The translations under genes and the position numbers were made by a program. From IMG/VR virus record IMGVR_UViG_3300028558_000791, positions 124,001 to 188,000 of that record: 64,000 nucleotides of DNA; one strand, given 5' to 3'. Numbering within the stretch: the first letter of the stretch is position 1; each line of letters begins with the position of its first letter. This document shows, piece after piece, positions 38,870-47,750 of the stretch. Below the pieces are notes generated by a model, which was given only the letters and a program-made list of their open reading frames with translations, was not told where the DNA came from and made no database searches.

Positions 38870-39432
38870 TATAAGCTCGAAGTTGGTATGGTTAGATATG
38901 GTTCTGGTACAACATCTGCCATTGTATAGTTACGTACTCCTGAGTTATGGACATGATAGGATTTGATTGATTTGCTAGGGTTAGTTACACCATAGCCTGC
39001 CTTATTAAACTCATAAGCTATTCTATTATCACAACCTCTAATTCCTAAAGTGAAATTACCGAAGACGCCCTCTACTTTGCCTTTTACAATCCAGGTATCT
39101 TGACTATCTGACCTGTCAAAAAATCTAACAAGAGCATCATTGCCTAGCCAGTCCCAACGACTTAGGGCGTACAATTGTTTGTGCTTCATATTGAGCGCTA
39201 AAGCAATCGTCTCATCAAAGAATATGTCAGAGTTACAAATGATATTGATGTCATCTGGTTCAGTTATCTTATTGATTTGTTGAAAGAAAAAATCATAGGT
39301 AGGTTTGCTAGCAGACTCTATTACGGTAGTGGTAATCAACTTATTAGCTAAGTTTCTCTGTAGACAGTAATCGATCTCTCTTTTGCGAATCGGATTTTTA
39401 TCTTCATAGTAGTTGTAGAATAATCTAATCAT
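38869..39432 (-). CDS. putative GT-A glycosyltransferase-like protein
   Basis: NSDIFFD, ALSRW, SQDTW, G..GCDN. Confidence 0.6.
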   Translation of the reverse strand: MIRLFYNYYEDKNPIRKREIDYCLQRNLANKLITTTVIESASKPTYDFFFQQINKITEPDDINIICNSDIFFDETIALALNMKHKQLYALSRWDWLGNDALVRFFDRSDSQDTWIVKGKVEGVFGNFTLGIRGCDNRIAYEFNKAGYGVTNPSKSIKSYHVHNSGVRNYTMADVVPEPYLTIPTSSL

Positions 39433-39433
39433 A

Positions 39434-40390
39434 TTACACCAAATGTATTAGGTCAGTCATGTGTAGAAGTTCAACTACCCTCGAAGTAAAGGTATGTTCT
39501 TTTAGAACTCTTTGATATCCGTTCATGCCGACCTGTCTTGCAATTTCCGGATTACTTTTACAATACTCAACAATATCAGTTATCTCTTTAACGGAGCGTG
39601 CCGTGAAAATTTCTTTACCTTCAATGAAGTAACTTTCAACTCCTGGGAAATACCAGGTGATAGTTGGCCTGCCAGATGCTAAACAATGTAGCAGCCTATC
39701 AGAGAAGTAATGTGACACATTGTTGAAGTGGCTGATGCTTAGCGCACAGACACTTTGATTGTATATTTCATTAGCTCGTACTGGCTCGATAGTTGGACAG
39801 GCAGGAACATATCCAGTTCCAAACATACCAAATTTAACTCCATATGTACTTCTTAAAGAGTCAACTACACCAGTTCTTAAATGACCATCTGGAAAAGTAT
39901 GGCCATAGTTATTTCCTAAGAAACTAACATCATACTTAAACAAATCTAGATTCATTGGATAATTAACTTTAGGGTGATATCCAATTTGCCAGTATTTAAC
40001 ATTTTTGCATCCGGCCCTCCTATACATCTCTAATTGTCCAGTACTAGAAATTAAAGAAAGATCTACTTCATGAGCCGTATCAAGAAATGGTTTTTGAGCA
40101 GAATCTCTTACGTCACCCGTCCAGTTTGTAATTACTACACCAGGAGATAGTTTTCTAGCTTCAGCAATCACGCTAGCATCAATCAACCCAGTGAATTGTA
40201 GTTGCATATGAATTAGATTGGGCTGGAACTTCTTGACCTTAGTAAGGAATTCATGAGCCACTGTTCCTTTGCTATGAGTTCTTTCCCATAGTCCCCAGAA
40301 ATCAAATACTTCTAGTTTAGTTCCGGCGTTCTCAAAACCTTCAACCATACCAGGTTGATTGCCAATTGGTAAATAAAGTACCTTTAACAT
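39434..40390 (-). CDS. glycosyltransferase (CgeB/Glyco_trans_1_2-like)
   Basis: YDVSFLG, YFSDR....LASG, EHTF..RV. Confidence 0.8.
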   Translation of the reverse strand: MLKVLYLPIGNQPGMVEGFENAGTKLEVFDFWGLWERTHSKGTVAHEFLTKVKKFQPNLIHMQLQFTGLIDASVIAEARKLSPGVVITNWTGDVRDSAQKPFLDTAHEVDLSLISSTGQLEMYRRAGCKNVKYWQIGYHPKVNYPMNLDLFKYDVSFLGNNYGHTFPDGHLRTGVVDSLRSTYGVKFGMFGTGYVPACPTIEPVRANEIYNQSVCALSISHFNNVSHYFSDRLLHCLASGRPTITWYFPGVESYFIEGKEIFTARSVKEITDIVEYCKSNPEIARQVGMNGYQRVLKEHTFTSRVVELLHMTDLIHLV

Positions 40391-42180
40391 TATACGCCCA
40401 CCAATTTCTGAACTGAAGCGACAAGCTTATCATTGTACTCACTATCAAACTTAGCAGGAGTCTTTGGTTTATCCATGAAAACAGATACCGCCTTGTGTAT
40501 GTCCGTAGCCACAGGGTAGGTAGAGTTGTTTTGTGAAATCATAACGGAACCATTCTGGTTTAGATAGGTTTGGTTGTTTGTAATGATAGGTAGTGATAGC
40601 GCACTAGCTAGGTTTAGAATACCTGACATGTAATATGTATTGGTGGCCATATCAACTACAGCTTTAGCTCCCATAAACAAAGCAGCGATACTACTATAAC
40701 CAACAGTGTCGGAAACAAATTCTGCGTAGGTAGGTAGTTTGACACGAGACCCAACTATGATAAGCTTACCGAATCTTTCTTCCCACGACTCTAGAAGAAT
40801 GCGAGTTATCTCTTCATCTTTTTCAAAGTATAAGAAATAATCAAATCTAATAGCGCTGGCAGCTAACATTGGCCATGGTTTCTCTACTCGTAAAACATTG
40901 GCTTCCGGTACGTGTCTCAATATCTCTTGCATATTGATTAGTGATGGTGTTAGAATAGTTTCACAGGCCCTAAACTTGTCTATATGTGCTTGTTGTAGAT
41001 TGCCTTGAAACCATTCTTCTACCCAAACTCTTTTGCTAGGTTTAAGGGTATCTAGAGAACACATTACTACGTTGGGCTCATCGAAAGATTTATTGAATCC
41101 CATCATGCTAGTTGCTTTAGAGGACACCACTAAATTAGGAAAGAAGGGAGCAATCTTCTTCATCCAAAGTCTGGAGTGTGGGCTATCTGGAAAGATGATT
41201 CCCGAGTTCTGATAAGTGGTTGGTGGCTCGTAAGTTTCGGGGGTCAGCAGCGCAAATTCTTTACTATTACGCATCACTTGAAAATTGAGCGTGTCGGACT
41301 TAGGTTCAACGTAGTTGCTCGACGTGTAGGTGTTGGACGTACCTGGATGCACCAGGCCCTCTGATATTATACGAGAGTGCATTGGCGGTCTAGGAGCAGA
41401 TGTCAATACAGTCGGAATACCACTACTCTGAATTGTAGAAACAAAAGTAGATGGTGGTGGAACAAAACCAAACGGAAAGTTAGGACCATTAGGTGGCGGC
41501 TGAACAACTACTGCTGGTTGGCTACCCACGTATGGTAGTGTAAGTCCAGCTTCGTTTTTGACACAGAACCAGATTCTTCTCTTATGGATATCGGTACTGT
41601 TGTCATTACGTTCGATCCAGTCATATTTGAACTCACTAGAGTTGAACTTATCTTTATCCATTCGTTTGAAAGTCATACCATAATTGGTTAGTAGTCTTTC
41701 AATATACGCTGCGCTTGGGCGAGACCCAGTTCCGTTAAATGCTAAATCATAAACTTCTTTGGCTTCCGGAATATGAATGATCTTGTTAGGATCATCAGAG
41801 TCACAGACTGCAGTTTCTAGAATCAGATATGTAGTAGAAGCGCAGGCGGCCTTGATATGTTCATCGATTGAAGCAAGATGACACACTAAACCTAAATCAA
41901 GAATCATATCGAACTTAGTTCCATGGAAAGGCCACGGTCCTTCTAAGTTGGCTCTTATTACCTTAACGCCTGGGAATTTTTTAGATACTACTTTGAGATG
42001 GTCTTGTCGAACATCTACAGCAGTTATGTCTGCACCTAAACGATATAGAACTCCACTTAAATCAGCATGCCCACAACCTAAATCGGCCACTTTCTTGTTG
42101 TAAAAGAATTTGTAGCCGAAATAATCTATGATGCCTTTGATACGCTTTGAATTCCAATCGAAGTATTTTCCGTCAAACAT
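40390..42180 (-). CDS. SAM methyltransferase fused via a Pro-rich linker to a degenerate GT-like domain
   Basis: ADLGCGH, FD.ILDLG..CH, LILET; C-terminal half uncertain. Confidence 0.7.
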   Translation of the reverse strand: MFDGKYFDWNSKRIKGIIDYFGYKFFYNKKVADLGCGHADLSGVLYRLGADITAVDVRQDHLKVVSKKFPGVKVIRANLEGPWPFHGTKFDMILDLGLVCHLASIDEHIKAACASTTYLILETAVCDSDDPNKIIHIPEAKEVYDLAFNGTGSRPSAAYIERLLTNYGMTFKRMDKDKFNSSEFKYDWIERNDNSTDIHKRRIWFCVKNEAGLTLPYVGSQPAVVVQPPPNGPNFPFGFVPPPSTFVSTIQSSGIPTVLTSAPRPPMHSRIISEGLVHPGTSNTYTSSNYVEPKSDTLNFQVMRNSKEFALLTPETYEPPTTYQNSGIIFPDSPHSRLWMKKIAPFFPNLVVSSKATSMMGFNKSFDEPNVVMCSLDTLKPSKRVWVEEWFQGNLQQAHIDKFRACETILTPSLINMQEILRHVPEANVLRVEKPWPMLAASAIRFDYFLYFEKDEEITRILLESWEERFGKLIIVGSRVKLPTYAEFVSDTVGYSSIAALFMGAKAVVDMATNTYYMSGILNLASALSLPIITNNQTYLNQNGSVMISQNNSTYPVATDIHKAVSVFMDKPKTPAKFDSEYNDKLVASVQKLVGV

Positions 42181-42212
42181 TATCTTCCAATCTTGATCTA
42201 ATTAGATTTTAT

Positions 42213-42965
42213 TCACATCGATGGACCATGATACGGAATAAAAACAGGTTTGATTCGGTATGTATAAGCGTAGCAGTTGTTTTGGAATTTTACTAAATTG
42301 TTCTTATGAGCGGCATCTTTGAATTCTCGATACCCTTCAGTAGCAACAACAGTTTCATCAAAATGATGTCCCTTGTCTTTTAGATAGCCCACTTCCCATC
42401 CAACTAACCTGGCCCTAAAGAAGAAATCGGCATCTTCCTCTCCATAGATTCCATAATCTGTAGTGAAGTAACCAATCTTTTTATGTAGGTCCCTATGGAA
42501 AACTGAACAGGCTGTTCCAAGGTTGCCAGCCTTCTTGAGTTGGAAAGTCTTATCATTCCTAGTAACTAGATCATAGTTGTCGTTTTCAAAACTCACACCA
42601 ATGGTAATTCTGTTACCTTCTTTGTCTTTGATTATGTCTGTACATTGAGACAGCCATTTATCGGGGAACTCAACGTCATTGTCTATAGTGGCAAGGAACT
42701 CATCCTCCGCCCCATACTTATTTGCCATTAGAAGACCTTGGTTTCTTCCCATAGCAATTCCTTTGTTTGTAGGATTGAAATGAATCTTACAATCAACTGA
42801 TAATTGTTCCGGTAGTTTTTCTAAAAACTCTTTTGTTCCATCAGTAGATCCATTATCTACAATCAATAATCTATATGGGCCATCAGTAGTTTTGAAAAAG
42901 TTATCAAACATTCGTTTTGTGAATTCGAGCCTGTTATAGGTTACTAGCATAATTGAAGTCGTCAT
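42213..42965 (-). CDS. family 2 glycosyltransferase
   Basis: VTYNR, VDNGSTDGT, GRNQG, DND, YGEEDAD; GAGG SD before ATG 42965. Confidence 0.9.
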   Translation of the reverse strand: MTTSIMLVTYNRLEFTKRMFDNFFKTTDGPYRLLIVDNGSTDGTKEFLEKLPEQLSVDCKIHFNPTNKGIAMGRNQGLLMANKYGAEDEFLATIDNDVEFPDKWLSQCTDIIKDKEGNRITIGVSFENDNYDLVTRNDKTFQLKKAGNLGTACSVFHRDLHKKIGYFTTDYGIYGEEDADFFFRARLVGWEVGYLKDKGHHFDETVVATEGYREFKDAAHKNNLVKFQNNCYAYTYRIKPVFIPYHGPSM

Positions 42966-43026
42966 GATATCCTCATATAACTTAAGGGTGAGCGGTGCGC
43001 CTTTCAACGCATATAAAAGGTGAATT

Positions 43027-43218
43027 ATGGATCCAAATGAAAAGAAAACCGTCAAAATTCCAGTTTGGGATCTGGAAGTGGATGAAATTATAGAGATGGA
43101 AATAGATCAAGACGCCCTAGATGCTATGGATAAAGCTGACAAAGAAGCTGAAGAGCGCTATGAAGAGGCTTGCAGACGTGACCGAGAAGAACTAAGATAT
43201 GTGAGGGATGATGACTGA
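43027..43218 (+). CDS. small acidic protein
   Basis: AGGTG SD; 63 aa. Confidence 0.6.
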   Translation: MDPNEKKTVKIPVWDLEVDEIIEMEIDQDALDAMDKADKEAEERYEEACRRDREELRYVRDDD

Positions 43219-43384
43219 AGAAGAGTTACAATCAATAATAGCTAAATTGAAAGCATTTCTAGCAACTCCTGAAGGGAAAGAATCCCTTAGGATAGCTGGC
43301 GAAAAAGCCGCTAAAACAGCTAAAGATATGGAAGAACGAACAAAAATTCCCTGGGAATGGATGCATCGACCAATTGACTTCTAA
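43208..43384 (+). CDS. hypothetical protein (58 aa, not in ORF track)
   Basis: MMTEEELQSII...WMHRPIDF; fills a gap, GAGG SD. Confidence 0.55.
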   Translation: MMTEEELQSIIAKLKAFLATPEGKESLRIAGEKAAKTAKDMEERTKIPWEWMHRPIDF

Positions 43385-43402
43385 TAACTAAGCATTATAT
43401 AG

Positions 43403-44068
43403 ATGCTACCTTTGAAGTTCCGACTTAGATATCTAACTAAATTGGCCCAGACTGAATCTGGAGACCCAGCCGCTCCAGGAGCGCCTTCTTCTCCGGCCGC
43501 GCCAGCGTCTCCTACTTCTCCTACATCCCCTAATGCTCCAACTACGCCACAGTCTACAACTTCAGCTTCTATCATCCCTCCGCCTAATTTTCAAGCTTCC
43601 GCAGCTTATGGATGGATGAGTAACTGTTATAACTCTAATACAATTTCTATAATTGATAAACTAATTAGCCTTTTAAATCTAGCCCTTCATTATTCTAGTA
43701 ATGGCAAATTCAATTTCCTAATTCTAAGAAATAATAGTTTCCAGGTTGATCCCAGCGGCGCTACTTCTGTAGACACTAAAAATCTGTTGAATCTAGCTAT
43801 TTTGATGTTTAGAACCTATTTGAATAATGGTAACCAGTTCGCTCAAAAAGTAACTGGAGCACAAATTCATCAATGGAACGAGAGAATTTCAACAGCACAA
43901 GCTTTTCTTAATTTATCTCAATTAAGCCCAACCGGCACGATTGCAACAAAAGTACCTGGTAACATGAGAGAAAATGTGCTAAATTCTCTAAGAGAGTTAG
44001 ATAGATACAATCCATTACAAGCGCCACAAACGCCACAAACGATGCAAAGAACGCAACAACAGCGTTAA
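43403..44068 (+). CDS. Pro/Ser/Thr-rich hypothetical protein, possibly virion-associated
   Basis: N-terminal TKLAQ followed by a low-complexity PAAP/PTSP tract. Confidence 0.65.
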   Translation: MLPLKFRLRYLTKLAQTESGDPAAPGAPSSPAAPASPTSPTSPNAPTTPQSTTSASIIPPPNFQASAAYGWMSNCYNSNTISIIDKLISLLNLALHYSSNGKFNFLILRNNSFQVDPSGATSVDTKNLLNLAILMFRTYLNNGNQFAQKVTGAQIHQWNERISTAQAFLNLSQLSPTGTIATKVPGNMRENVLNSLRELDRYNPLQAPQTPQTMQRTQQQR

Positions 44069-44083
44069 GTTATATTCATCATT

Positions 44084-44872
44084 ATGTCAAACACATTGAA
44101 AGACCGCGTTGAACGATACCAATCGGTCAGCGACCACAGATTACTCGACCGAGTACCAATTATCATTTGCGTCAACGGGCGAGGATTTTCCAAAGTAACT
44201 CAGTTGCTTGACAAGCCCTATTGTCCAAAATTTGCCGAATGCATTCTCTCCACAACTTTACGACTTTGCCAAGACGTCGAGGGTTCACTCTTTGCCTACC
44301 AGCACAATGATGAGATTGTTATTGTAGCTCGTAATGACCAGAAGGATGACACTACTCCTTGGTATGACAATAAGCTTCAGAAAATCTGCTCAGTTACTTC
44401 AGCTATTGCAACAATGCACTTCAATCAAATGGCAGCTAAGGTTGATTTGAATATCACTGGCGCCCCTATCTTTACATCTCAGATATTTGCCGTACCAACT
44501 CTTAGTGAGGCGGTTAATACTATCATCTACAAACAACAGCAGAATTTCCATACCTCGATTCAATCCGCTTGTTTATACGAGCTTATTAAGAAGTATGATA
44601 AGAACAATATCAAAGAGATGATGGCCGGATTGAGCGTGGATGAAAAGGTAGACCTACTTCATCAAGAGGTAGATATCAATTTCAATGACTATCCAGTTTC
44701 TTTTAGACGAGGAGCGGCTGCTTACAAGGTTCCTATTGTATCCGGGGACTCAATGAGAAATAAATGGCATCTCAATCTTGAGCCGCCAATATTTACCAAG
44801 GACCAGTCCTTCTTATCTAACATCTTTAAAAATGGCGCGGATATCTTTAGACAAGAAAGCTTTGGCCGGTAA
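44084..44872 (+). CDS. Thg1-like tRNA(His) guanylyltransferase / 3'-5' polymerase (divergent)
   Basis: L.DR...Y, II.VNGRGFSK.T, KPY, AYQHNDEI, WYD.K.QK..SV, FRRG. Confidence 0.8.
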   Translation: MSNTLKDRVERYQSVSDHRLLDRVPIIICVNGRGFSKVTQLLDKPYCPKFAECILSTTLRLCQDVEGSLFAYQHNDEIVIVARNDQKDDTTPWYDNKLQKICSVTSAIATMHFNQMAAKVDLNITGAPIFTSQIFAVPTLSEAVNTIIYKQQQNFHTSIQSACLYELIKKYDKNNIKEMMAGLSVDEKVDLLHQEVDINFNDYPVSFRRGAAAYKVPIVSGDSMRNKWHLNLEPPIFTKDQSFLSNIFKNGADIFRQESFGR

Positions 44873-44877
44873 CTGCC

Positions 44878-45039
44878 ATGAAGAAGTGCTTTACGTTTCC
44901 CAATAAGAAACGATACAATACGGAGAAGGATGCCGACACGGCTATCTTATTAATTGACAACCGGAACCTCCGTGCTTATCATTGTAGTGGGTGCGACGGA
45001 TGGCACCTTACCTCAAATTTAAAAAATTATAGGGATTGA
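44878..45039 (+). CDS. small phage protein, Y.C..C.GWHLTS type (53 aa)
   Basis: KKRY.TE..A...RAYHCSGCDGWHLTS. Confidence 0.65.
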   Translation: MKKCFTFPNKKRYNTEKDADTAILLIDNRNLRAYHCSGCDGWHLTSNLKNYRD

Positions 45040-45063
45040 CACCTATCAATAAGTGGTTATAAT
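45036..45063 (+). promoter_or_regulatory. near-consensus sigma70 promoter for the tRNA cluster
   Basis: TTGACA-16-TATAAT ending 15 nt before tRNA-Thr. Confidence 0.75.
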
Positions 45064-45078
45064 ATGTACCACGAGCAA

Positions 45079-45152
45079 GCTGGCTTAGTATAACGGCATT
45101 ATTCTTCCCTTGTAACGAAGAGAACCGAGTTCGACTCTCGGCGCCAGCTCCA
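45079..45152 (+). tRNA. tRNA-Thr(UGU)
   Basis: cloverleaf; loop CT-TGT-AA, GTTCGA T-loop, U73, encoded CCA. Confidence 0.9.
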
Positions 45153-45242
45153 CTGCTAGCGGGTTTATACCCTAGCCGCAATCATCCCTTCAGGAATATA
45201 GGTACGTATTTAACCTAGATGATTGCATGAGAATACAATTAA

Positions 45243-45317
45243 GCCCATGTAGTATAACGGTTATTACCCGTCTTTGGTAAAGACGAAAATTGAGTTCGAC
45301 TCTCAACTTGGGCTCCA
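45243..45317 (+). tRNA. tRNA-Thr(GGU)
   Basis: CGTCT-TT-GGT-AA-AGACG arm, U73, CCA. Confidence 0.92.
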
Positions 45318-45410
45318 GCGTCCTGTTTCACTAGTTTTCGGTTCAGTGAACAACATCTACTACTTCCTCAAAGTATGGATAGTTAATGGACGATTCTTTA
45401 AACCGAATAA

Positions 45411-45486
45411 GCCCGTGTAGCTCAGTTGATAGAGCACCTCACTAGTAACGAGGATGTCGGTGGTTTGATTCCACTCGCGGGCTCCA
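45411..45486 (+). tRNA. tRNA-Thr(AGU)
   Basis: GCCCGTG/CGCGGGC acceptor, CCTCA-CT-AGT-AA-CGAGG arm, U73, CCA. Confidence 0.88.
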
Positions 45487-45487
45487 A

Positions 45488-45706
45488 ATGTTTAAGACGA
45501 ACGTTTATGTAAGAGGTATTCGACAATCACCTACTTATTGGTACATTGCACATTCCACTTTGTTTTTCAGAACAGACAAAGAATCCGCCATCAAAATGCT
45601 GCATGTACATGATGTTGTAGAGATTGATAAATTTTTTCTAGGCGTCAGATATTCTAGTAAGTCATATGTAATTGAAATACCTGCTAACCAGCTCAAACTA
45701 AGCTAA
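45488..45706 (+). CDS. hypothetical protein
   Basis: 72-aa ORF starting 1 nt after a tRNA CCA. Confidence 0.55.
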   Translation: MFKTNVYVRGIRQSPTYWYIAHSTLFFRTDKESAIKMLHVHDVVEIDKFFLGVRYSSKSYVIEIPANQLKLS

Positions 45707-45775
45707 TGTCGTATAGTGGTATTACGCTGCCTTCGTAACGCAGTCACGTGAGTTCGATTCTCACCTTTAGCTCCA
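45702..45775 (+). tRNA. tRNA-Thr(CGU)
   Basis: CTGCC-TT-CGT-AA-CGCAG arm, GTTCGATT T-loop, U73, CCA. Confidence 0.9.
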
Positions 45776-45778
45776 AAC

Positions 45779-46042
45779 ATGACCATTACATATTTTGAAG
45801 ATGTAGATGAATGCATAATGGCCGCTTACAGATATGTAAGAGATACTGGCAACAAAGTTGAGAGTTATTCTCATTCTGATGGTGGTGATGCAATCGGAGT
45901 AATATCTGCTGATGGCACCGCATTCATGATGTGGATGGAGCATCATAATACTAGCCCTAAAAGAACTTTAGCTCGACTTATTCACGAACATAAAATTACT
46001 GTTGTACAATTTATTAACAAACAGCTTTTACCTTTTCTTTAA
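45779..46042 (+). CDS. hypothetical protein
   Basis: starts 3 nt after CCA; ends NKQLLPFL. Confidence 0.6.
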   Translation: MTITYFEDVDECIMAAYRYVRDTGNKVESYSHSDGGDAIGVISADGTAFMMWMEHHNTSPKRTLARLIHEHKITVVQFINKQLLPFL

Positions 46043-46046
46043 CAAT

Positions 46047-46403
46047 GGGGATGACCAGGTTTCGACAGAGTAAAGAATTATTGAAATGATTCAGACCGAG
46101 GATGATTGCACCCTCGTAAATAAGTGATCGACGTATAAATGCAAACGATAATGCATTTGCAATGGCCGCCTAACGGCACCATTTGTTTTTAGATGAGATT
46201 GTCTTAGTAATCTAAAAGCACCAACTACGAAGGCTGGTCCAAATATTCGGCTACGGAGTATGCGGATGACGACAACAGTAGATAGCCTGAAAGAGTGAGT
46301 ATCTGACTTTGGCGCTGATGACTAAGTCCTTCAGCTAGGTCTGTGAATGAGTTTCAATGACAACGTATTTTGGACCGGGGTTCGATTCCCCGCATCTCCA
46401 CCA
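46047..46403 (+). ncRNA. ssrA: tmRNA, tag ANDNAFAMAA
   Basis: GGGGATG/CATCTCC-ACCA acceptor with G3:U70, TTCGAC 5' motif, GGTTCGATTCC T-arm; resume GCA at 46141 to TAA 46173. Confidence 0.95.
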
Positions 46404-46404
46404 C

Positions 46405-46647
46405 ATGTATTTAGTAACAATGTTTGAAGACTTCCATGGCAACAGACAAGGCTTCATCGCTTTGGCCAAGGAAGATATTTGGGATCATTTAGTCAAGCAT
46501 CTTGACAACTGGGACGTGCCCTACACTCTTGATGAGCTAGAAACGACCATTCGTAAAGGCTGTGGCGAAATGAATCAACATAGTAAAAGTTCTGTAACAG
46601 TTAGAATCGTTGAGATTCAGCCAGGTCAAGGTTTCGATCTATTATGA
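46405..46647 (+). CDS. hypothetical protein
   Basis: ATG 1 nt after the tmRNA CCA; the listed start at 46357 lies inside the tmRNA. Confidence 0.6.
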   Translation: MYLVTMFEDFHGNRQGFIALAKEDIWDHLVKHLDNWDVPYTLDELETTIRKGCGEMNQHSKSSVTVRIVEIQPGQGFDLL

Positions 46648-47135
46648 AATGGCCACTCCGTGATAAGACGCCCGCTCTTCCAGAAATTGGATCAGTGGGC
46701 GATTTTGCATCTAGACGTTCCTTCTATTTTCATCCTGGAGTAGACGTTTACTGCGGCTTCGGTCAAGAGATTCAAGCCATTGAAGATGGTAAGGTAGTTC
46801 ATATTGAAAACTTCACTGGCCCCAATGCCATTCCTCCTAGCCCATGGTGGCTAGAAACCTGGAGCATCTTGATTGAAGGAGCCTCTGGCGTGCTTGGCTA
46901 CTGTGAAATTAAACCATTGCCACATATCACGATCGGCTCTAAAGTCAGGGAAGGCGATCTAATCGCTACTGTCGTTCCTGTCCTCAAAAAGGATAAGGGT
47001 AATGGCACGACTATGCTACACTTTGAGCATTATGAACCTGGGACTAAGCACCATGTAACGTGGGTGCTGGACACAATTAAACCAGAAGAATTGAAAAACT
47101 CTAGATTTGTACTAGAGAAACTAATCGACCAATAA
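46644..47135 (+). CDS. M23-family peptidase-like protein
   Basis: HPGVD..., V.EGD.IA, MLHFE (first His of HxH replaced). Confidence 0.75.
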   Translation: MKWPLRDKTPALPEIGSVGDFASRRSFYFHPGVDVYCGFGQEIQAIEDGKVVHIENFTGPNAIPPSPWWLETWSILIEGASGVLGYCEIKPLPHITIGSKVREGDLIATVVPVLKKDKGNGTTMLHFEHYEPGTKHHVTWVLDTIKPEELKNSRFVLEKLIDQ

Positions 47136-47153
47136 CAGGATATATACATTACC

Positions 47154-47750
47154 ATGAGTTATCTATAGAATCGTTTAATTTCTGATATGAAGAGCACTCC
47201 ACAAACGGAGTCGCAATCCGTGTATCAACACGGCGTCTCTGTTAAAGAGCACATTTTTGAATTGATTACATTTTTGAAAACCGGCCAGATAGGCGAAGGT
47301 TGGAGATTACCTGATTGGATAAGCAAGTATCGAGAGCAATTGTTAGCCTCCTTGCTACCAGACGATATTATTGCGGGATACGCAGTCTTCCATGATTGCG
47401 GCAAACCCTACTGTCTAACTATAGACAAGCAAGGTCGTAGGCATTTCCCAAACCATCCTTGGATGTCTTATGAGACATGGTTAAGGATTAGTTCTAACAA
47501 AACTATTGCCAAACTCATTCTATGGGATATGAAAATCCATACTATGAAGGCAGTTGATGTGGATGATTTTTGTAAGCACCGAGAGGCAATTACTTTGCTT
47601 CTAGCCGGATTGGCTGAGGTGCATAGCAATGCAAAAATGTTTGGCGGCATTGAATCTGAATCATTCAAGATTAAGTGGAGTCAAATTAACAAACGCGGTA
47701 AAGCAATTTGCCGCAAACTATTTGGAGAGAATCATGTGTCTTTAGGTTAA
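47154..47750 (+). CDS. HD-domain phosphohydrolase with in-frame TAG at codon 5
   Basis: QHG, FHDCGKPY, HFPNH; GATATA-N9-ATG at 47154, TAG 47166-47168, in frame with ATG 47187. Confidence 0.75.

Noticed and set aside
45318-45408. Canonical theta/HDV-like or hammerhead ribozyme
   Set aside because: The required P3/P1.1/J4-2 or CUGANGA/GAAA cores were not found; kept only as an unknown structure.
46357-46404. N-terminal extension of ORF 46357-46647 (and likewise 51496-51531)
   Set aside because: These segments lie inside the tmRNA and tRNA-Arg; the downstream ATGs were used instead.
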